NCBI GenBank assembly: GCA_964016885.1 | Contig: OZ024757.1 | Span: 42,718,001-42,782,000 of the forward strand | Direction: 5' to 3' | From: Eledone cirrhosa | Taxonomy: Eukaryota | DNA: 64,000 bases | Shown: in pieces, positions 52,966 to 61,330 of the stretch | How the letters are laid out: each line of letters starts with the position of its first letter | How positions within the stretch are numbered: the stretch's first letter is position 1 | Position numbers and translations under genes: made by a program | The notes under the pieces: generated by a model | What the model was told of the DNA's origin: nothing | Seen by the model: only the letters and a program-made list of their open reading frames with translations | Database searches by the model: none

Positions 52966-55372
52966 CGTGGGTGCCGGACCGTAGTGCGCATGCGCCAAGG
53001 CCGCCGGACCGTAATGCGCATGCGCCAAGGCCGCCGGACCGTAGTGCGCATGCGCCAAGACCGACTGACTGTACTGCGCATGTGTCATCGTCGCAGTACC
53101 GCACTGCGCATGCGGTAAGGCCGCCGGACCGTACTGCGCATGCGCCAAGGCCGCCGGACCGTAGTGCGCAGGCGCCAAGGCCGCCGGACCGTAGTGCGCA
53201 TGCACCAAGGCCGCCTGAGTGTACTGCGCATGCATCAAGGTCCCAGTACCGTACTGCGCATGCGCAAAGGCCGCCGGACAGTAGTGCGCATGCGCCAGAG
53301 CCGCCGAACCGTAGTGCGCATGCGCCAAGGCCGTCGGACCGTAGTGCGCATGGGCCAAAGCCGCCCGACCGTACTGCGCATGCGCTAAGTCCGTAGTACC
53401 GTACTGCGCATGCTACAAGGCCGCAGTACCGTATTGCGCATGCGACAAGGCCGCAGTACCGTAGTGCGCATGCGCCAAGGCCACCGGACCGTAGTGCGCA
53501 TGAGCCAAGGCCGCCGGACCGTACTGCGCATGCGCCAAGCCCGCCGGACCGTAGTGCGCATGCGCCAAGGCCGCCTGACTGTACTGCGCATGCGCCAAGG
53601 CCGCCTGACTGTACTGCGCATGCGTCAAGGTCCCAGTACCGAACTGCGCATGCGCTAAGGCCACCGGACCGTACTGCGCATGCGCCAAGGCCGCCGGACC
53701 GTAGTGCGCATGCGCCAGAGCCGCCGAACCCTGGTGTGCATGCGCCAAGGCCGCCGGACCATACTGCACATGCGCCAAAGCCACCTGACTGTACTGCGCA
53801 TGTGCCAAGGCCGCCTGACTGTACTGCGCATGCGACAAGGCCGCCAGACCGTAGTGCGCATGCGCCAAGGCCACCTAACTGTACTGCGCATGCGTCAAGG
53901 TCGCAGTACCGAACTGCGCATGCGCCAAGGCCGCCGGACCGTACTGCGCATGCGCCAAGGCCGCCGGACCGTAGTGCGCATGCGCCAAAGCCGCCGAACC
54001 GTAGTGCGCATGCGCCAAGGCCGCCGGACCATACTGCGCACGCATGCGCGCGGCCGCAGGACCGTAGTGCGCATGCGCCAAGGCCGCCTGGTTGTACTGC
54101 GCATGCGCCAAGGCCGCCGGACCGTAGTGCGCATGCGCCAAGGCCGCCTGACTGTATTGCGCATGCGTCAAGGCCGCAGTACCGAACTGCGTATGGGCTA
54201 AGGCCGCCGGACCGTACTGCGCATGCGCCAAGGCCGCCGGACCGTAGTGCGCATGCGCCAAGGCCGCCTAACTGTACTGCGCATGCGTCAAGGTCGCAGT
54301 ACCGAACTGCGCATGCGCTAAGGCCGCCGGACCGTACTGCGCATGCGCCAAGGCCGCCGTACCGTAGTGCGCATGCGCCAAAGCCGCCGAACCGTAGTGC
54401 GCATGCGCCAAGGCCGCCGGACCAGACTGCGCATGCGCCATGGCCGCCGGACCGTAGTGCGCATGCGCCAAGGCCGCCTGACCGTAGTGCGCATGCGCCA
54501 AGGCCGCCTGACTGTACTGCGCATGCGCCAAGGCCGCCGGACCGTAGTGCGCATGCGCCAAGGCCGCCTGACTGTACTGCGCATGCGGCAAGACCACAGT
54601 ACCGAACTGCGCATGCGCTAAGGCCGCCGGACCGTAGTGCGCATGCGCCAAGGCCGCCGGACCGTAGTGTGCATGCGCCAAGACCGCCTAACTGTACTGC
54701 GCATGCGCCAAGGCCACCTAACTGTACTGCGCATGCGTCAAGGTCGCAGTACCGAACTGCGCATGCGCCAAGGCCGCCGGACCGTACTGCGAATGCGCCA
54801 AGGCCGCCGAACCGTAGTGCGCATGCGCCAAGGCCGCCTGACTGTACTGCGCATGCGTCAAGGCCGCAGTACCGAACTGCGCATGCGCTAAGGCCGCCGG
54901 ACCGAACTGCGTATGGGCTAAGGCCGCCGGACCGTACTGCGCATGCGCCAAGGCCGCCGGACCGTAGTGCGCATGCGCCAAAGCCGCCGAACCGTAGTGC
55001 GCATGCGCCAAGGCCGCCTAACTGTACTGCGCATGCGTCAAGGTCGCAGTACCGAACTGCGCATGCGCCAAGGCCGCCGGACCGTACTGCGAATGCGCCA
55101 AGGCCGCCGGACCGTAGTGCGCATGCGCCAAAGCCGCCGAACCGTAGTGCGCATGCGCCAAGGCCGCCGGACCATACTACGCACGCATGCGCCGCGGCCG
55201 CAGGGCCGTAGTGCGCATGCGCCAAGGCCGCCGGACCGTACTGCGCATGCGCCAAGGCCGCCGGACCGTAGTGCGCATGCGCCAAGGCCGCCGGACCATA
55301 CTGCGCATGCGCCAAGGCCGCCAGACCGTAGTGCGCATGCGCCAAGGCCGCCTAACTGTACTGCGCATGCGC

Positions 55373-55392
55373 ACTACGGTCCGGCGGCCTTG
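55373..55392 (-). other. Single 20-bp linker inverted between two GCGCATGCGC palindromes
   Basis: ACTACGGTCCGGCGGCCTTG is the exact reverse complement of CAAGGCCGCCGGACCGTAGT; flanked by GCGCATGCGC at 55363-55372 and 55393-55402. Confidence 0.95.
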
Positions 55393-56799
55393 GCGCATGC
55401 GCTAAGGCCGCCGGACCGTACTGCACATGCGCCAATGCCGCCGGACCGTAGTGCGCATGCGCCAAAGCCGCCGGACCGTAGTGCGCATGCGCCAAGGCCG
55501 CCTGGTTGTACTGCGCATGCGCCAAGGCCGCCGGATCGTAGTGCGCATGCGTCAAGGCCGCAGTACCGAACTGCGTATGGGCTAAGGCCGCCGGACCGTA
55601 CTGCGCATGCGCCAAGGCCGCCGGACCGTAGTGCGCATGCGTCAAGGTCGCAGTACCGAACTGCGCATGCGCTAAGGCCGCCGGACCGTACTGCGCATGC
55701 GCCAAGGCCGCCGGACCGTAGTGCGCATGTGCCAAAGCCGCCGAACCGTAGTGCGCATGCGCCAAGGCCGCCTAACTGTACTGCGCATGCGTCAAGGTCG
55801 CAGTACCGAACTGCGCATGCGCCAAGGCCGCCGGACCGTACTGCGAATGCGCCAAAGCCGCCGAACCGTAGTGCGCATGCGCCAAGGCCGCCGGAACATA
55901 CTGCGCACGCATGCCGCGGTCGCAGGACCGTAGTGCGCATGCGCCAAGGCCGCCTGGTTATACTGCGCATGCGCCAAGGCCGCCGGACCGTAGTGCGCAT
56001 GCGCCAAGGCCGCCTGACTGTACTGCGCATGCGTCAAGGCCGCAGTACCGAACTGCGTATGGGCTAAGGCCGCCGGACCGTACTGCGCATGCGCCAAGGC
56101 CGCCGGACCGTAGTGCGCATGCGCCAAGGCCGCCTAACTGTACTGCGCATGCGTCAAGGTCGCAGTACCGAACTGCGCATGCGCTAAGGCCGCCGGACCG
56201 TACTGCGCATGCGCCAAGGCCGCGGGACCGTAGTGCGCATGCGCCAAAGCCGCCGGACCGTAGTGCGCATGCGCCAAGGCCGCCGGATCGTAGTGCGCAT
56301 GCGCCAAGGCCGCCTGACTGTACTGCGCATGCGTCAAGGCCGCAGTACCGAACTGCGTATGGGCTAAGGCCGCCGGACCGTACTGCGCATGCGCCAAGAC
56401 CGCCGGACCGTAGTGCGCATGCGTCAAGGTCGCAGTACCGAACTGCGCTTGCGCTAAGGCCGCCGGACCGTACTGCGCATGCGCCAAGGCCGCCGGACCG
56501 TAGTGCTCATGCGCCAAAGCCGCCGAACCGTAGTGCGCATGCGCCAAGGCCGCCGGACCAGACTGCGCATGCGCCAAGGCCGCCGGACCGTAGTGCGCAT
56601 GCGCCAAGGCCGCCGGACCGTAGTGCGCATGCGCCAAGGCCGCCTGACCGTAGTGCGCATGCGTCAAGGCCGCAGTACCGAACTGCGTATGGGCTAAGGC
56701 CGCCGGACCGTACTGCGCATGCGCCAAGGCCGCCGGACCGTACTGCGCATGCGCCAAGGCCGCCGGACCATACTGCGCATGCGCCAAGGCCGCCGTACA

Positions 56800-57175
56800 G
56801 CGCACTACGGTCTGGCATCATTGGCGCATGCGCACTACGGCCCGGCGGCCTTGGCGCATGCGCAGTACGGCCCGGCAACCTTGGCGTATGCGCACTACGG
56901 TCTGTCGGCCTTGGCGCATGCGCACTACTGTCCGGCGGCCTTGGCGCATGCGCAGTACGGTCCAGCGGCCTTGACGCATGCGCACTACGGTTCGGCGGCC
57001 TTGGCGCATGCGTACAACGGTCCGGCGGCCTTGGCGCATGCGCACTACGGTCTGGCAGCATTGGCGCATGCGCACTACGGTCCGCCGTCCTTGGCGCATG
57101 CGCACTACGGTCCGCCGTCCTTGGCGCATGCGCACTACGGTCCGACGTCCTTGGCGCATGTGCAGTACGGTCCGG
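56800..57175 (-). repeat. Truncated inverted 30-mer arm preceding island 9
   Basis: Unique junction GGCCGCCGTACA|GCGCACTACGG; only the island-proximal ~12 monomers are present. Confidence 0.93.
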
Positions 57176-57747
57176 ATGACTTTTTAGCCATTTTAAGCCT
57201 TTATGTTGCCATATTTAGCCATTTTTGAGTCATTTTAGTAATTTATGATGCAGTTTTTACCATTTTAGAGCCATTTATAGTCATTTTAGACGTTTCAGTC
57301 GTGTTAGAGTCATTCTAGTCAATTATGATACGGTTTTAGCATTTTAGTCGTTGATGATGACGTTTTAGTCATTTATGATGCAGATTCAGCCATTCTGTTG
57401 TAATATGGCAACATAAATGATTAAATGGCCCTAAAATGGCTTAAACAGCATCATATTTGACAAAAGTGACTCGTAAATGAGTAAAACGGTATCATAAATG
57501 ACTAAAATAACTCTAGAAAGGCTACTACAGCATCATAAATGATTAAAATGACTCTAAAACGACTAAAACGTCTAAAATGACAAAAATGGCTTTAATATAG
57601 CTTAAACTGCATCTTAAATGACTAAAACTACTAAAATGACTCCGAAATGGCTAAAATGACACTAAAGTGGCTAAAACGGACTGTTAAATTGCTAAATTGT
57701 CTCTAAAATGGCTAAAACGTCTTCATAAATAAATAAAATGGCTAAAA
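57176..57747. repeat. AT-rich island 9 (572 bp, short type)
   Basis: Short-type markers (TTTTTAGCC, GGTATCAT) plus private substitutions (GCAGATTC, GGCTTAAACAG, CAAAAGTGAC). Confidence 0.96.
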
Positions 57748-59829
57748 CGTGGGTGCCGGACCGTAGTGCGCATGCGCCAAGGCCGCCGGACCGTAATGCG
57801 CATGCGCCAAGGCCGCCGGATCGTAGTGCGCATGCGCCAAGGCCGACTGACTGTACTGCGCATGTGTCATCGTCGCAGTACCGAACTGCGCATGCGGTAA
57901 GGCCGCCGGACCGTACTGCGCATGCGCCAAGGCCGCCGGACCGTAGTGCGCAGGCGCCAAGGCCGCCGGACCGTAGTGCGCATGCACCAAGGCCGCCTGA
58001 GTGTACTGCGCATGCATCAAGGTCCCAGTACCGTACTGCGCAAAGGCCGCCGGACAGTAGTGCGCATGCGCCAGAGCCGCCGAACCGTAGTGCGCATGCG
58101 CCAAGGCCGCCCGACCGTAGTGCGCATGGGCCAAAGCCGCCCGACCGTACTGCGCATGCGCTAAGTCCGTAGTACCGTACTGCGCATGCTACAAGGCCGC
58201 AGTACCGTACTGCGCATGCGACAAGGCCGCAGTACCGTAGTGCGCATGCGCCAAGGCCACCGGACCGTAGTGCGCATGAGCCAAGGCCGCCGGACCGTAC
58301 TGCGCATGCGCCAAGCCCGCCGGACCGTAGTGCGCATGCGCCAGAGCCGCCGAACCGTGGTGCACATGCGCCAAGCCCGCCGGACCGTAGTGCGCATGCG
58401 CCAAGCCCGCCGGACCGTAGTGCGCATGCGCCAAGGCCGCCTGACTGTACTGCGCATGCGTCAAGGTCCCAGTACCGAACTGCTCATGCGCTAAGGCCAC
58501 CGGACCGTACTGCGCATGCGCCAAGGCCGCCGGACCTTAGTGCGCATGCGCCAGAGCCGCCGAACCGTGGTGTGCATGCGCCAAGGCCGCCGGACCATAC
58601 TGCGCATGCGCCAAAGCCGCCTGACTGTACTACGCATGCGCCAAGGCCGCCTGACTGTACTGCGCATGCGACAAGGCCGCCGGACCGTTGTGCGCATGCG
58701 CCAAGGCCACCTAAATGTACTGCGCATGGTCGCAGTACCGAACTGCGCATGCGCCAAGGCCGCCGGACCGTACTGCGAATGCGCCAAGGCCGCCGGACCG
58801 TAGTGCGCATGCGCCAAAGCCGCCGAACCGTAGTGCGCATGCGCCAAGGCCGCCTGACTGTACTGCGCATGCGTCAAGGTCCCAGTACCGAACTGCGCAT
58901 GCGCTAAGGCCACGGGACCGTACTGCGCATGCGCCAAGGCCGCCGGACCGTTGTGCGCATGCGCCAGAGCCGCCGAACCGTGGTGTGCATGCGCCAAGGC
59001 CACCGGACCATACTGCGCATGCGCCAAAGCCGCCTGACTGTACTGCGCATGCGCCAAGGCCGCCTGACTGTACTGCGCATGCGACAAGGCCGCCGGACCG
59101 TAGTGCGCATGCGCCCAAGCCGCCGGACCATACTGCGCATGCGCCAAGGCCGCCGGACCGTAGTGCGCATGCGTCAAGGCCGCAGTACCGAACTGCGCAT
59201 GCGCTAAGGCCGCAGTACCGAACTGCGCATGCGCTAAGGCCGCAGTACCGAACTGCGCATGCGCCAAGGCCGCCGGACCGTACTGCGCATGCGCCAAGGA
59301 CGTCGGACCGTAGTGCGCAGGCGCCAAAGACGCCGGACCGTAGTGCGCATGCGCCAAAGACGCCGAACAGTCGTGCCCATGCGCCAAGACCGCCGGACCG
59401 TACTGCGCATGCGCCAAATCCGCTGAACCGTACTGCGCATGCCCCAAAGCCGCCGACCCGTAGTGCGCATGCACCAAGGCCACCGGACCGTACTGCGCAT
59501 GCTCTAAGACCGTCGGACCGTAGTGCGCATGCCCCAAGGCCGTCGGACCGTAGTGCGCATGCGCCAATGCCGCCAGACCGTAGTGCGCATACGCCAAGGC
59601 CGCCGAACCGTACTGCGCATGCGCCAAGGCCGCCGAACCGTACTGCGCATGCGCCAAGGCCGCCGAACCGTACTGCGCATGCGCCAAGGCCGCCGAACCG
59701 TACTGCGCATGCGCCAAAGCCGCTGGACCGTAGTGCGCATGCGCCAAGGCCACTGGACCGTACTGCGCATGTACCAAGGCCGCCGTCGTAGTGCGCATGC
59801 GCCAATGCCGCCGGACCTTTGTGCGCATG

Positions 59830-60736
59830 CGGTACGGTGGCCTTGGCGCATGCGCACTAAGGTCTAACGGCCTTGGCGCATGCGCACTACGGTTCGGCGG
59901 CTTTGACGCACACGGACTACGTTCCGTCAGATTTGGCGCACGCACACTACGGTCCGGCGGTCTTGGCGCATGCGCACTACGGTCCGGCGACCACGCCGCA
60001 TGCGCACTACGTTCCGGTGGCCTTGGCACATGCGCAGTACCGTCCGGCGGCTTTTGCGCATGCGCACTACGGTCTGGCAGCCTTGGCGCATGCGCACTAC
60101 GGTCCAGCGGCCTTGGCGCATGCGCACTACGTTCCGGTGGCCTTGGCGCATGCGCAGTACGGTCCAGTGGCCTTGGCGCATGCGTAGTAAGGTCCGGCGC
60201 CCTTAGCGCATGCGCAGTACGGTCCGGCAGCCTTGGCGCATGCGCACTAAGGGCCAGCGGTCTTTGCGCATGCGCACAACGGTCCGGTGGCCTTGGCGCA
60301 TGCGCACTACGGTCCGGCGGCCTTGGCGCATGCGCACTAAGGTCCGGCGGCTTTGGTGCATGCGCACTACGGTCTGGCATCATTGGCGCATGCGCACTAC
60401 GGTCCGGCGGCCTTGGCGCATGCGCAGTACGGCTGGCAACCTTGGCGTATGCGCACTACGGTCTGTCGGCCTTGGCGCATGCGCACTACTGTCCGGCGGC
60501 CTTGGCGTATGCGCAGTACGGTCCAGCGGCCTTGGCGCATGCGCACTACGGTTCGGCGGCCTTGGCGCATGCGCACTACGGTTCGGCGGCCTTGGCGCAT
60601 GCGTACAACGGTCCGGCGGCCTTGGCGCATGCGCACTAAGGTCCGGCGGCCTTGGCGCATGCGCACTACGGTCCGACGTCCTTGGCGCATGCGCACTACG
60701 GTCCGACGTCCTTGGCGCATGTGCAGTACGTTCCGG
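59830..60736 (-). repeat. Inverted 30-mer arm preceding island 10
   Basis: Reverse-complement monomers, standard junction. Confidence 0.95.
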
Positions 60737-61330
60737 ATGACTTTTTGGCCATTTTAAGCCTTTATGTTGCCATATTTAGCCAATTTTGAGTCATTTTAGT
60801 AATTTATGATGCAGTTTTTACCATTTTAGAGCCATTTATAGTCATTTTAGACGTTTCAGTCGTGTTAGAGTCATTCTAGTCAATTATGATACGGTTTTAG
60901 CATTTTAGTCGTTGATGATGACGTTTTAGTCATTTATGATGCAGTTTCAGCCATTCTGTTGTAATATGGCAACATAAATGATTAAATGGCCCTAAAATGG
61001 CTAAAACAGCATCATATTTGACAAAAATGACTCGTAAATGAGTAAAACGGTATCGTAAATGACTAAAATAACTCTAGAAAGGCTACTACAACATCATAAA
61101 TGATTAAAATGACTCTAAAACGACTAAAACGTCTAAAATGACAAAAATGGCTTTAATATAGCTTAAACTGCATCTTAAATGACTAAAACTACTAAGATGA
61201 CTCCGAAATGGCTAAAAAAAACATCATAAATGGCTAAAATGACACTAAAGTGGCTAAAACGGACTGTTAAATTGCTAAATTGTCTCTAAAATGGCTAAAA
61301 CGTCTTCATAAATAAATAAAATGGCTAAAA
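60737..61330. repeat. AT-rich island 10 (594 bp, long type a)
   Basis: Shares CTACAACATC and ACTAAGATG markers with islands 5 and 7. Confidence 0.96.

Larger units (their letters stand above)
38002..53002 (+). repeat. 7,493-bp near-exact tandem duplication (38002-45509 / 45495-53002) carrying island pairs 5+6 and 7+8
   Basis: Matching ORF translations at constant offset 7,493 (38806/46299, 40200/47693, 41873/49366, 44261/51754); a few SNPs distinguish the copies. Confidence 0.93.
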
